Origin: Octopus vulgaris | Lineage: Eukaryota | Direction of reading: 5' to 3' | Length of the DNA: 64,000 nucleotides | NCBI GenBank assembly: GCA_951406725.2 | Contig: OX597840.1 | Coordinates: 18,972,001-19,036,000 of the forward strand | In this document: piece by piece, positions 13,100-29,598 of the stretch | How the letters are laid out: each line of letters starts with the position of its first letter | Position numbering within the stretch: position 1 is the stretch's first letter | Translations under genes and position numbers: made by a program | Notes under the pieces: generated by a model | The model's database searches: none | Told to the model about the DNA's origin: nothing | Seen by the model: only the letters and a program-made list of their open reading frames with translations

Positions 13100-13337
13100 A
13101 AACAGGAATTCCGTTGACAGAACAAAACAAAACAGAGGCGTAGCAAAGCAATTCGAACGAGGACGCTCCTTAAGAGCCCATGGTTAAACTGTTTATCAAT
13201 GTTGTTTAGGGCTAAGCGGCTGCGTTCTCATTTGAATTCCGTATTTAAACATTATTTCCTTAATCTCCAAGTTTACTTTCCTCAATGTGCTCCAATTAGT
13301 TGTTCTATAATTCTTCTTGATCTCTTTTCCGAGTAAA

Positions 13338-15506
13338 CCTAGATTCATAGTGAAGGACCACAAACCGAATTTCTACACCAACCCAGCGTTAAGACTCATA
13401 TGCCCTGCTAGTTCCGATATCGGGACCATCAGTAAGTATATTTTAGATAAATATATCCCTAGTTTAGTAAATAAGCTGAAGCTTAGCCTCTGGGCTAACT
13501 TCTCGCAGGTCGTGAAGTGATTCTCTTCCATCCCCAATAAGAACCGTACTAGGTTCATTCAGTTTGATATCGCCAGCTTCTACCCCTCGATTAACCCTAG
13601 TGTACTAAATAAGGCCCTGTGGCATGCTCACAACAAGGCAGGCCTCACTAGAGAAGAAATTGATATTATTTTAGTTGCCAGAAAATCATTTATAAAGTTT
13701 GAAAATAAGTTGTGGATTCGTAAAGATACTCCCAATGAATTCGATGTGCCTATGGGTAGTTCGGATAGTGCGCAGATAACCGATTTGGTCGGAATCTATA
13801 TTCTCTACGAATTATCCGACCAATTCCCGGATATCGTGGGCGGCCTGTATCGTGACGATTGTCTGTTTTACCTGCAAAACACCACGAACAGAATCGTACA
13901 GAAAACTAAAAATAGGTTAGCTAGGTTCTTTAATAGAATGGGCATGAATATAGTTTTTGATAATGAATTCACCAAGGCTAATTTCCTAGACGTCACACTA
14001 AACCTCCATAGCGATTCATACTGCCCTTACCATAAGCCTTCCACTAATTTAAAGTACGTCAGTGTCTTCTCCAATCATGCCAAAACTGTAACAGACAATT
14101 TGGTTAAAAACATCTCTCTAAGATTGTCTAACTTGTCCGCTAGTGTCGACATTTTTATGCAGAAAGCGGAATTTTATAACGCCGCACTATCCAAAGCCGG
14201 TTATAGGCAGAAAGTAGTATATATTGATCCATCCCTTCCGATGCCACCATTCGGTCATCAGGATAGGGCCGTCTATAATAACATAAATAATTTAAGTAGT
14301 GATGGGAGCGGGGGGAGTGTTGGAGCAGGTACTTCCGGATTTAATTTAGGGAACATAGATAATTTTCGGTCCGGGGGAGGTCATACTAAACCAAAACCTT
14401 TTATTCATCCTAGAATCACCCACCCTAATGTCAGAGCTGGCTTCCCGACCCATCACAAAAATAGGAATAAACATATCTGGTTTGTAATTCCCTTTGGTAA
14501 GCAGATTAGAACTAACCTTCCCCTCCTGTTTCGACAAGCCATTGCCAGTAACTTCCCCAGAAATTCCAAATATTACACCACGGTTAATTCACATAAAGTT
14601 AGGATAACTTTCTCCAACACAAAAAACCTTTCCCAGATAATCGCCTCCCATAATAATAGGCTGCTTATTAAGACCCTACCACCTTTGTCCGGAGGCGCAG
14701 CTCCGTCCGATCCCAGTTTAACGCGCAGTAGGAATAATAATAGTAGTAATAATGATAAAAGAGCCAGTACAGTGACTGATAATCTCAGTACCAACCAGGG
14801 ATTAAATAATAGGATTAGCGATAGAAGAAATGGTGATGTCAATAACGTTAGTAATGGTAATAGGGAGATGAGCGCAGTTCGGGTCATTAATGTAGAGAGT
14901 CCTAATAGCAACTTTAGCATCGTTTCCGGCAATAGCAGGTCCACGGATACTAGCAATTACAGCGTTCTCAGTGATAGGGAATACACAGGGGTTAGTCCGT
15001 TAATTAATAGTGATAATGAGGAATATAATGTAGTAAGCGGCCGCAGTTCTCACAGTCAATATAGTAACAGTAACGCAGTATTAATATCAGAAGCTAATCC
15101 CAATAGAATAAGGTTCTTGTCTAGTAACTCCAAGATCAGAAATGCCATTTACCAATGCAAGGTTTACACGGATTCAGATGTCTACTCGTATGTCGGGGCC
15201 TCATCGTCAAAATTGGCCTTGAGAATTTCGAACCATTTCGCAACTTTTCGCGACGTTAATAAATACCAAGCTACAGGACTTAGCAAGCTTATATGGGGTT
15301 TGAAGAACGCGAACTCAGTTTTTAGGCTGGAATGGTCGATTTTGTCGGTGGCCCTCCCATTTGATAGGGGCAGAAGGAGGTGTAATCTTTGTAACTCTGA
15401 GCTTTTCCACATATTGTTCGCCAGAGACCGGTTGGTAAACGGGCTTTTACAGTCGGCTTTTCGATGTCCCCATTGGCGGCGTCATACTTACCTTACATAT
15501 AAATGA
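13338..15506 (+). pseudogene. Penelope-like reverse transcriptase plus GIY-YIG endonuclease, one in-frame TGA at 13518-13520
   Basis: One frame carries KDHKPNF...RLICP, FDIASFYPSI, PMGSSDSAQITDLVG, YRDD, FLDVTL, YHKP, then AIYQC...YVG...RISNH and the C-terminal CNLC..E...RCPH. The 598-aa ORF at 13710 is its 3' part. Confidence 0.92.
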
Positions 15507-16118
15507 CACATAAGACAATTAACACCTTGTTACCCTACTAAAATGAAAATAATCTTTGGAAATAATTTTTGAAAAAGCTTTTAAAAAAATCTATGAATAA
15601 CTCTTGCAAGGGGAAATTACTCCCATTAGGCGATTGGTGGTTTTTTTTGGAAGCAAACGCTGGAATTATATATACCCTTAGGATTCTTTGACGATGTTAA
15701 TTTTTAGACAAGCAGGCCTAGACGAACACACGAACACAAAATTTTTTTTCAGCCGCCTGACAGGTTTTTTCAGCAGTGATCATTATGTAGCGCCCCTCGC
15801 CAACATACGGCCGCGCACACATAGGCCAGTATACACATACATGCTTTTAGGTAGTTTTTGTCTCGCCCCCAAAAATACACCCTGTATTCTTAAAGTATTC
15901 AGAACATTAGTTTTGGTCACACAGAACACCTCCACACCCCTTGTTCTCACCTACTAGTTTCGACCGCCGCCTGACCTGTAAATATTTTCAACGCACCAAC
16001 GTACATTGATAACGTACATTGATAAACAGTTTAACCATGGGCTCTTAAGGAGCGTCCTCGTTCGAATTGCTTTGCTACGCCTCTGTTTTGTTTTGTTCTG
16101 TCAACGGAATTCCTGTTT

Positions 16119-16200
16119 TTTCCTGAAGAGAAAGCTGCAATATGGTATCCTTATTTAATCAGAATTTGGAAAATTGTGGCCTTTGAAACATGTGTAGAAT
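16119..16200 (+). ncRNA. Type I hammerhead ribozyme in the 3' pLTR
   Basis: TTC CTGAAGA G, stem II AAAGCTGCAA...TTGTGGCCTTT, GAAA C ATGT G TA GAA; palindromic ACATGT; predicted cleavage after A16196. Confidence 0.72.
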
Positions 16201-16256
16201 GTAATAAAAGGAATTCTGTACAATCTTCGTTCAACTCCATTTCTTCCATTCACTAA

Positions 16257-16321
<65 letters not shown>

Positions 16322-16324
<3 letters not shown>

Positions 16325-16662
16325 TCTTTTATTTGTTTCAGTCATTTGACTGCGGCCATGCTGGAGCACCGCCTTTAGTCGAGCAAATCGACCCCGGGAC
16401 TTATTCTTTGTAAGCCCAGTACTTATTCTATCGGTCTCTTTTGCCGAACCGCTAAGTGACGGGGACGTAAACACACCAGTATCGGTTGTCAAGCAATGCT
16501 AGGGGGACAAACACAGACACACAAACACACACATACATATATACGACGGGCTTATTTCAGTTTCCGTCTACCAAATCCACTCACAAGATGCCACACAGTG
16601 GGACTGAACCCGGAACCATGTGGTTGGTTAGCAAGCTACTTACCACACAGCCACTCCTGCGC

Positions 16663-16665
<3 letters not shown>
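16322..16665 (-). mobile_element. SINE family A (internal deletion)
   Basis: Reverse complement of the 3570 family. Confidence 0.85.
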
Positions 16666-16759
<94 letters not shown>

Positions 16760-16761
<2 letters not shown>

Positions 16762-17625
16762 CGAGGGTTACACTCTCTGTGGGACAAGCCAGTTGCAGTT
16801 TGGGCTTCCGCCACTTGATGCAACCCTGATATATCAGTCTGGCGTCGTCGAGTGAAGTCGTTCTGCCACGTGGTGTGTCTTTGTTTTGTAGTGCTTCTCT
16901 CTTGTTCGTTGATTTTGGCGATGGCAGAAACGAAGGAACGGCGTGCTTCTGTGAAACTCTGTTATCTGTAGGGGAAAACGGCGCCCAAACAGTTGTCATG
17001 CTTCAAACAGCTTACCAGGACGCTGCTATGAGCAAAACACGAACTTACGAGTGAGTTCCATGCTTTAGGAATGGTCACTTCTCGCTTGGAGACCAACCGC
17101 GTTCAGAATGATAATCGACCTCCCGAACGAATGAAAACGTCATGAAAATTCATGAACTTGGAGGACGGTTACTGAACGACTGATGAACTTGTTGATACTG
17201 GTGTGTCCTGGAGCTCCTGCCAACGAATTTTGAGCGAGGAACTGCGAATAAAAAGAGTTGTAGCAAAATTGTGTCTCGCTTACTCACGGAAGATCGAAAG
17301 CAGTCACGACTGAATGCATGTCGAGAACTGAAAAACATTTGGAAGTTAATTCAAACGATATTTTGTTCTCTTCGAAGGTCGTCTCTGGTGACGAAAGCCG
17401 GTGCTAAGGAATTTGCAAATGTGAAAGAGGTGAAGAAGAGAAGAGAACGACGGTGGCGTTAAAAGGCATCGCTTTGCAAGAGTCCCAGGACTGCTTCGAA
17501 CAGTGGGAAGCGCGTCTAGACCTACGCATTGATTCAGATGGAGAATTCTTTGAAGGCGGTAAAAGTATAAATATATAAAACTAAGTGAACAAAATAATAT
17601 TGAAAAGTTCCGGTTTCTCCTGGGG
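16760..17625 (+). pseudogene. Decayed mariner transposon
   Basis: TACGAGGG start. Frameshifted transposase from 16921 includes GKTAPKQ/TAYQDAAMSKTRTYE*, DQPRS and a C-terminal CFEQWEARLD...DGEFFEG. Confidence 0.8.
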
Positions 17626-18039
17626 GCCGCCTGGTAAAGGCGGGCAATTTAAACTGGTTGTCTACATACGTGCATATATATGCATGTATAGACGTTCGTA
17701 TATGTATGTATATCGTATGTTGTATATATATACATATATATTTATATTTATGTGCTGAGTATATTCTACTGACGAAGGCAGAGCATCTCTTATGCAAAGT
17801 CAGAAATCCAGGATCTAGAATTATCCAGTAATTTTTTGCTAGTTTATTTTGTCTCTTTGTCTTCTCTCCTGGTGCTGTATGAACATTTAATGTGGCGTTA
17901 GAGTGAGGTTTTGACTGCTATTTTCAGCGTGGTGGCATGTCTAAGATACCCTAAATTATAATTATAATTATATATATATATATATATATGAAGTCTCCAC
18001 TCACACACATGTATATGTATAAATACAAATGCATGTATT

Positions 18040-18171
18040 TATATGGCGAGGCTGTCTTCCAGTTTCAGTCCCACTGCGCCTTCGGCAAGTATCTTCTCTT
18101 ATAATCGCGGCCCTACCAAAGCCTTGTGAGTGGAGAGTGGATTTGGTAAATAGAAGCAGAAAGCAGCTCAT

Positions 18172-18268
<97 letters not shown>

Positions 18269-18651
18269 ATGTGTGTGTATGTATGTGTGTGTGTGTGAGT
18301 GTGTGTGTTTGTATACCCATCACCGCTTGACAACTGGTGTTGGTGTGTCTACGTCTCCGTAACTTAGTAGTTCGGCAAAAGAGACCGAAAAGATAAATAC
18401 TAGTCTTAAGAAATAAGTTCTGGTTTCTTCGTTTAAAAACCTTCAAGGTGGTGTTCTAGCATGACCGCAGTCAAGTAATTAAAACAAGTAAAAAGAATAT
18501 AAATATATTGACGCACGCACATACACAGATACAAGCACACCGGTTCAATTAATTACTAATTAATTCCTTATCTCACTCTCGGTAATCCATAAATACTTCA
18601 CTTCAATGAAACACGCGCTGTGATGATCATAGGCATCTAAACACACACACA

Positions 18652-18694
<43 letters not shown>

Positions 18695-19110
18695 AGACAC
18701 TACTGTTAGCAGTCACGCACACACCTACATACATGTTCTCACTCTTCTGTTTTCTCCTCCGTCCTTCTTTTCCCAAACACGTGGATCCAGGTTCAGTCCC
18801 ACTGTGTGGCAGTAACAAGTGTCTTCTACTATAACGTCGAGCCAACCAAAGCCTTGTGAGTGGATTAGGTAGACGGAAATTCAGAGAAGCCTGTCGCACA
18901 TATATATTTATATATACGTCGCATATATATATTTATGTGTCTGCGTTTGTCCCACTATCATCACAATTGATGTTGGTGTATTTCCATCCCCGTAACTTGG
19001 CGGTTCGACAAAGACACCGATAGAATAGGTACTAGGCTCTGACTAAAAAATTCTTTAATGCGGCGCTCCAGCATGGTCGCAATTGAATGACTGAAACAAC
19101 CAAAAGTATA
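18040..19110 (+). mobile_element. Two diverged SINE family A copies
   Basis: TCAGTCCCACTG...GCCTTGTGAGTGGA...GATAGAATA...CCAGCATG motifs at about 18040-18495 and 18780-19110. Confidence 0.7.
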
Positions 19111-19289
19111 TAACATATATATAAACATATCTATATCTATGTATCTATCTATACATACATATAATACACACCCCACGCACATACACATACACATATATAT
19201 ATACTAACATACATATACACATATATACACATACATATATACATTTATATATATATAAATACACATGTATATGTACATACATACATACA

Positions 19290-19860
19290 GCAAATGGTGC
19301 TCTTTCTGAAGTGACACGAATCCTGAATGGAATCCCCCAGGGAACAGTGCTGGGTCTACTACTGTTTGTGGTTGCTCTCTCGGACATGCCCTCAGCCATA
19401 GGGTCAGTTACACTCACCAGCTGCGTCGGTGATACAAAAGTATCGCAGGCGGTCAAGGATCCTACTGACATCCTAAGACTGCAGACTGACCTGAACGTAA
19501 TATATAAATGGGCTGATGAGAATTATATGCAGTCCAATGACGCAAAATTTCAAGCATTCCGCTATCAGCCCACAAGCAAACTACAGCTGAAGTTCTTGAG
19601 ACCTGCAGGCAATGTAATCCCAGAATTAGAGTCGGTTCGTGACCTGGGAATCCACAAAGGGCAACGATGCAACTTGCTATGTGCACATTGCTCAGATGAC
19701 AACACTATGCAGATGGGTGGAAGGTTGGTTCCTAAGATCCTTCAGGACCAGGAACAAAGACACAATGCTTCTGGACTACTGCTCCTGACTGTGGTCCCCA
19801 CAGAGTGTAAAGTGAATTGCGGAATTAGAAGCGATCCAACCCCACTTCACAACGCTTCTT
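19290..19860 (+). pseudogene. CR1/L2-type LINE reverse transcriptase fragment
   Basis: GIPQGTVLGLLLF, degenerate (F/Y)ADD as VGDT, LQTDLNVIYKWADEN...N..K, VRDLGI. Confidence 0.8.
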
Positions 19861-20186
19861 TTTTCACGCATTGCACTCCCGATATGCTGAAGCTCCGACT
19901 TGAAGGGTTTTATTAGCACAAATCGCCATCACTAGTCGAGTATTCATTCTAGAGTCAATTGTGCCGAATCGCTAATTTAGGAGGATGAAAACAAACCTGC
20001 ACCGGTTGTCATGCGGTGTGGAGCGACAAACACAAGCACCCGCGGGCGAACGCAAACAGACATACAGACACATTGACACACACGCACGCGTTTCCATCTA
20101 CCAAATTCACTCACAAGGTTTTGGCCAGCCTGAAGCTATAGTAAAAGCAAAGCAGACTTCTTAATCACACAGACATGCCTGCGGCT

Positions 20187-20690
20187 ATGTATGTATGTAT
20201 GTATGTATGTATGTATGTATGTATGTATGTATGTATGTATGTATGTATGTATGTATGTATGTATGTGTGTGTGTATGTATGTATGTATGTATGTATGTAT
20301 GTATGTGTGTATGTATGTATGTATGTATGTATGTATGTATGCCTGTATGTATGTATGTATGTATGTATGTATGTATGTATGTATGTATGTGTGTGTATGT
20401 ATGCATGTATGTATGTATGTATGTGTGTATCTATGTATGTATGTGTGTGTATGTATGCATGTATGTATGTATGTATGTATGTACGTATGTATGTATGCCT
20501 GTATGTATGTATGTATGTATGTGTGTATGTATGTATGTATGCCTGTATGTAAGTATGTATGTATGTATGTATGTATGTATGTATGTATGTATGTATGTGT
20601 GTATGTGTGTATGTATGTATGTATGCCTGTATGTATGTATGTGTGTGTGTATGTATGTACGTACGTACGTATGTATGTATGTATCTATCT
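20187..20690. repeat. (ATGT)n microsatellite
   Basis: Direct inspection. Confidence 0.95.
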
Positions 20691-20746
20691 GTCTATCAGT
20701 CTGTCTGTCTGTCTGTCTATATACACGAATATATGTGCATGTGTAA

Positions 20747-20814
<68 letters not shown>

Positions 20815-21191
20815 CCTTACCTTCGAAACACGGAGTAGTCGAAGCAGGGGCAGCTGAAGAAGGGGAATGTTCCTTGTGTTGTATGTCTTGTACTCTTCGT
20901 TGTTCGAAAAAGTCCCTTTCCATGTTTTTGTTTTTATGTTTCGTTTCTCGTTGTGTTCTACGTTTTTTTGTGTCCTGTACCTTTATATGCATGTATATAT
21001 ACATATAGATGTAGGTATGTACATATATGTATGTATATATGCATATGTTTTATATATTATTTTGTTATTATATATATATATATATATATGTATGTATGCA
21101 TAGTGAGAATTTACAAAAAAAAAACACAAGACGAAGACGGGTGTGCAAACAACAAACAGATGTATTAGTTTAACATCGGGAAGTGAGAAAG

Positions 21192-21229
21192 TTTTTTACG
21201 TTTCGAGCCTTCGCTCTTTGACAGAAAGG
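21192..21229 (-). ncRNA. Degenerate minimal hammerhead-like motif (pLTR fragment, about 21100-21295)
   Basis: Minus strand TTT CTGTCAA AGAGC GAAG GCTC GAAA CGTA AAA; the core is mutated. Confidence 0.4.
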
Positions 21230-21544
21230 AACACAGAAATAAACAGGGAGAGAAATTAGAGAAAGGTTTCGTGGCTAGCGATCTGTCCGTGTATTTGTAT
21301 ATATGCATATAAGCATCTACACATAAGTATACATGAGTCCATATAGGAATGCACATATACATGTATGTATGTATGTATGTATGTATGTATGTATGTATGT
21401 ATGTATGTATGTATGTATGTATGTGTGTGTGTGTATGTATGTATGTATGTATGTATGTATGTATGTATGTACGTACGTATGTATGTATGTATGTATGTAT
21501 GTATGTATGTATGTATGTATGTATGTATGTACATACATACATAC

Positions 21545-21695
21545 AGCCGGCTATTATCGGTAAAAGTTTTAGTTGCCAATTCTGTACAAAACATTGTAGA
21601 TCTTTAGCTGGGCTAAAAAGTCACATTCGATCACAGCACCAGTAACAGTTAAGCTTCGTGCAATGGCCATACTCGATAAAGAGGGGGCAGCCATC
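21545..21695 (+). mobile_element. 3' end of an RTE-clade LINE followed by an (ATGT)n tail
   Basis: C-terminal zinc-finger motif FSCQFCTKHCRSLAGLKSHIRSQHQ*, short 3' UTR, then the tandem tail. Confidence 0.7.
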
Positions 21696-22143
21696 ATGTA
21701 TGTATGTATGTATGTATGTATGTATGTATGTATGTATGTATGTATGTATGTATGTATGTATGTATGTATGTATGTATGTATGTATGTATGTATGTATGCA
21801 TGCATGTATGTATGTATGTATGCATGCATGCATGTATGTATGTATGTATGTGTGTATGTATTTATGTATGTATGTATGCATATATGTATGTATATATGTA
21901 TGTATGTATGCATATATGTATAAATGTATGCATGTATGTATGCATGTATGCATTATGTAAGTATGTATGTATGCATTACGTATGTATGTATGTATTACGT
22001 AAGTATGTATGTATGTCTGTATCCATTTATCTGTATGTATTCACGATTTCGTGAGTGTATGTATATAATGTATGTATGAATATATATGTGCTTGTGTGTG
22101 TGTGTGTGTGTGTGTTTGTGTGTGTATGTGTGTGTATGAATAT

Positions 22144-22180
<37 letters not shown>

Positions 22181-22624
22181 AATATACGTGTGTGTGTGTG
22201 TGTGTGTGTATGAATATACGTGTGTGTGTATGTGTGTGTGTGTGTGTGTGTATGAATATACGTGTGTATGTGTGTGTGTGTATGTATGAACATACGTGTG
22301 TGTGTGTGTGTGTGTGACTGCTGTTGAGGAAAATATTTCCTGTCGAAGTGAGAAACCTCCTGTCCTGTTTTCGTGTGTGTATTCCTGTGGTGAGTTCGCC
22401 TGTGTCTGCTCTTTTTTTTTCTGCTGTGTGTTTGTGTGTGCACAAGTATGTATGTGCGTGTGTCTGTTTGAGTATGTGCGTGTACACCTGTGTACGCTCG
22501 TGCATATGTGTGTATTCGTGTGTGTGTATGTGCGTGTGTGTTGTTGTGTGTGTATGTGTATAGCCGAAGAGACATTTGATGTTTATATTTACATGTCCGT
22601 TTATGGCTGTGTTCTTTTTATTTG

Positions 22625-24700
<2,076 letters not shown>

Positions 24701-26051
24701 CACTATAAAGTAGATAGACGGACAGATAGTTTAGTCGGACGAACGGACGAATAGACAGACGGACGAATAGACAGAAAGTACAGAACGATAGATAGATAGT
24801 TACATGTTTCATGCATTTATAACCAACTAGTCTACACCTTTAGATGGAAGCATAGATAGTTAGATAAACATATATAGCTGTGTAGAGAAATATTTATTCA
24901 TATATGTACACATACACATATAAATAAATACATATGTTGACAGATACATAAATATACAGATAGATACATAGATAAGCAGAACACATTCTTAGAGTCGTTC
25001 CTAGATTTCTGTAGTAATAGATAGCTGTAGATATGTGTATACATAGATGTATTTAGATATATATATATATATAGATATATATAGATGTTTAGGGAGATAT
25101 AAAGAAGTAGATAAGGGAGAAAAATTATAGAAATTCTTGTGTATTTTTTTAATGTAAACGAATGAATTAAGAAAAATTAATTTGAAGATACCCAGCAAAG
25201 GAATTGCACAAGTGTGGATTATACGAGATTTATACAAAATACGAGGGAAAAATTAACAAGAAAAGAAAAGAATATATGTTTACATGCATTGGAAGAAGAA
25301 GAATTAGAATTTGAAGAGTAAAACCCCTCAAAGAAATAAGAAGACGAATTCTTATACAAGAAAAACAAGGAAGGAAAATACCTAAACAAGGATTCTTAAA
25401 TAAAACAAGGGAATAAAAGAGGAAAAATTAAATGAAAAACAAACAAAAAAGAAACGACAACCAAATGGTCCATTTTCGGTTTCGCTCGCCCTTAAATTTC
25501 TAGAATCCAAGAACCTTACTTATGTATGATTCCCGTAGCGGAAATTTTAGTATTTTGCTTGTACGTGTTACTAATCCAGGAAATTATTGATATATTCTTG
25601 GGACGAAAAGCAGAAGGCCATCAAACGGTTTTTACCTGCAGGAATAGTAGCGGGTGCGGCAATTATCAGAGGTAAGTACTACTCCTAGAATTTATAAACA
25701 AGGGTCAGTGAGCAGGGTTGGGGTTCCGGGTCTCGTTGCGCGTCCCTTTGTTGTTGTTGATGATGTTTTTTCTTGTTTTGTTATCTGTTTTCTTCCGTAT
25801 TTCATTTTTCAGTTCCGTACTCCACCTGGGTGTGATACTTCACGTAGAAATCGAACTGCTACTGGTGTTGTCGGTGTTAGGGTGTGTGCTGATGTTTGCT
25901 GGGTGTGCGCACGTGGATGGGTATAGACACGGGTGTGCATGTGTATGTGTGTACATACATGTGTACTTATGTATGTGTGTATGTATGTATGTATGTATGT
26001 ATGTATGTATGTATGTATGTATGTATGTATGAATGCATGCATATATGTTTG

Positions 26052-26085
<34 letters not shown>

Positions 26086-26624
26086 TGTATGTATGTATGT
26101 ATGTGTGTATGTATGTATGTATGTATGTATGTATGTATGCATGTATGTGTTTACGTGTGTCAATGTATGTATTTATATATGTATGTGTCAACATGTATAT
26201 ATGTATGTATGTATGCATGTATGCAACATATATGTGTGTTTGTGTGTGTGCGTATATGTATAGACACATATATACACACATACACATACACACATACATA
26301 TGTCTGAGGGTTGTTGCTTTGCTGCAGCTAGGCCATGAACAAGTAGAAACCTACATATGACAAAAACTCACACCAGCACCGTGGTCACTCTTCTTTGTAA
26401 AATAAGTATTTCCGGATGTTTATATTCTGAGTTCCAATTTCACTGTTTTTCCTGCGGAGGTCGATAAAATTAAGTACGAAACAAGTCCTGGGACCAATGT
26501 GACCGACTTCTCCTTTGCTTAAAAGTATCAGTCTTGTGCCAAACTTTAAAAGAATTATTACCTTTCGGGGTCGATGAAATAAGTCCCCCTTCAAATTTCA
26601 GGCCTTGTGCCTATAGTAGAAAGG

Positions 26625-26661
<37 letters not shown>

Positions 26662-26679
26662 TTGTTGTTGTTATTATTA

Positions 26680-26800
26680 TTATTATTGAGTGAGAGAGCA
26701 GTTCATGCCATCAAAGTGACACTGGGGTAAAATATACGAAGCCCAATATACCCATCATGACTACCCGTCTGATAAGGGTACACCAGGCACATGCATCACA
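26680..26800 (-). mobile_element. LINE-like 3' UTR fragment with (AAT)n tail
   Basis: Reverse complement matches 53740-53866 (GATGCATGTGCCTGGTG...CTCTCTCACTCAATAA). Confidence 0.6.
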
Positions 26801-26848
26801 TTATTATTATTATTATTATTACTACTACTACTACTACTATTATTATTA

Positions 26849-28370
<1,522 letters not shown>

Positions 28371-28513
28371 TTATTACTATTACTACTACTATTATTACTG
28401 TGTACCTATTTAAGCTCTGGTGTCAATATTACCGACTAATCAACACTTTGTTTTGACTAACCGCCAAATTGTTTTGTTTGTGCCGAAATCACAAATCACT
28501 ATGGCTGCTGCCG

Positions 28514-28583
<70 letters not shown>

Positions 28584-28828
28584 CACCACCGCCGCTGCTG
28601 CTGATACAACTAAGGACAGGGAACTTAAGACAGTGCATATGTGTAGTTTTATATGTTTATTTTTGCCTGACGGTTGATGTGATCTGTGAGAGATTTGACT
28701 GCTATTTCCAACAAGACCAGTGCCCTCGCTGTTACACTTGTGTTTGTTGTTGTTGTCGTGGTTGCTTGTTGTTATTGTCTAGAATCCGCCCCCAGACTTT
28801 GTTGAGCAAACCTATGCTTGATCCTGCG

Positions 28829-28909
<81 letters not shown>

Positions 28910-28913
28910 GGGT

Positions 28914-29205
28914 TACCTTGTAATTTTGTCCTGTCTGTGTGCAGCCCTGTGTGGCTAATAAACATATCTGGGTAAACCTCACCTGTCCTCCCCTTTACAC
29001 TTCATATTGACATTTCTGTGATAACGATCCCTAATTGATCAATCCCCCCACTTTTTTTACCCCCCTTTTTTGTCCTCTTTCTTTCCTTTTACAATCCCTT
29101 TTGATCGAAAACCAAACCCCCTTTTTTTACCCCCAAAAGAAAAGCTCTACCTTGTAATTTGTCCTGTCTGTGTGCAGTCCTGTGAGGCTAATAAAGAAAC
29201 ATATC
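28914..29205 (+). mobile_element. LINE-like (L1/Tx1-type) 3' UTR with a duplicated terminus, in (ATCT)n
   Basis: TACCTTGTAATTT-GTCCTGTCTGTGTGCAG-CCTGTG-GGCTAATAAA occurs at 28914 and again at 29148. Confidence 0.5.
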
Positions 29206-29332
29206 TATCTATCTATCTAACTACACACACACACACACACACACAAATGGAATCCTGATAATCCGTTCCAACACTTACCCAGCGTACCTATCCGTTTAGA
29301 TCACCAGTGAACTAAACCCACTAAACCCCCAT

Positions 29333-29389
<57 letters not shown>

Positions 29390-29393
<4 letters not shown>

Positions 29394-29598
29394 ATAGAGG
29401 GGACAAACAAAGACAGACAAACGGATTAAGTCGATTACATCGACCCCAGTGCGTACCTGGTACTTAATTTATCGACCCCGGAAGAATGAAGGGCAAAGTC
29501 GGCCTCGGCTGAATTTGAACCCAGAACGTAACGGCAGACGAAATACGGCTACGCATTTCGCCCGGCACGCTAACGTTTCTGCCAGCTTGCCGCCTTTT
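29390..29598 (-). mobile_element. SINE family B
   Basis: Reverse complement of the family B consensus. Confidence 0.8.

Larger units (their letters stand above)
12803..16256 (+). mobile_element. Penelope-like retroelement (probably Hydra-like clade), 5'-truncated with an inverted pLTR, inserted in (TA)n
   Basis: RT and GIY-YIG ORF, 241-bp inverted repeats at 12962-13202 and 16016-16256, (TA)n on both flanks, no TSD. Confidence 0.93.

Noticed and set aside
21575-21645. C2H2 zinc-finger host exon
   Set aside because: A single finger followed by a stop, short UTR and tandem tail fits an RTE LINE C-terminus better.
25130-25900. Possible coding or PLE remnant
   Set aside because: No interpretable motif or open frame; ribozyme-like words could not be assembled into a core.
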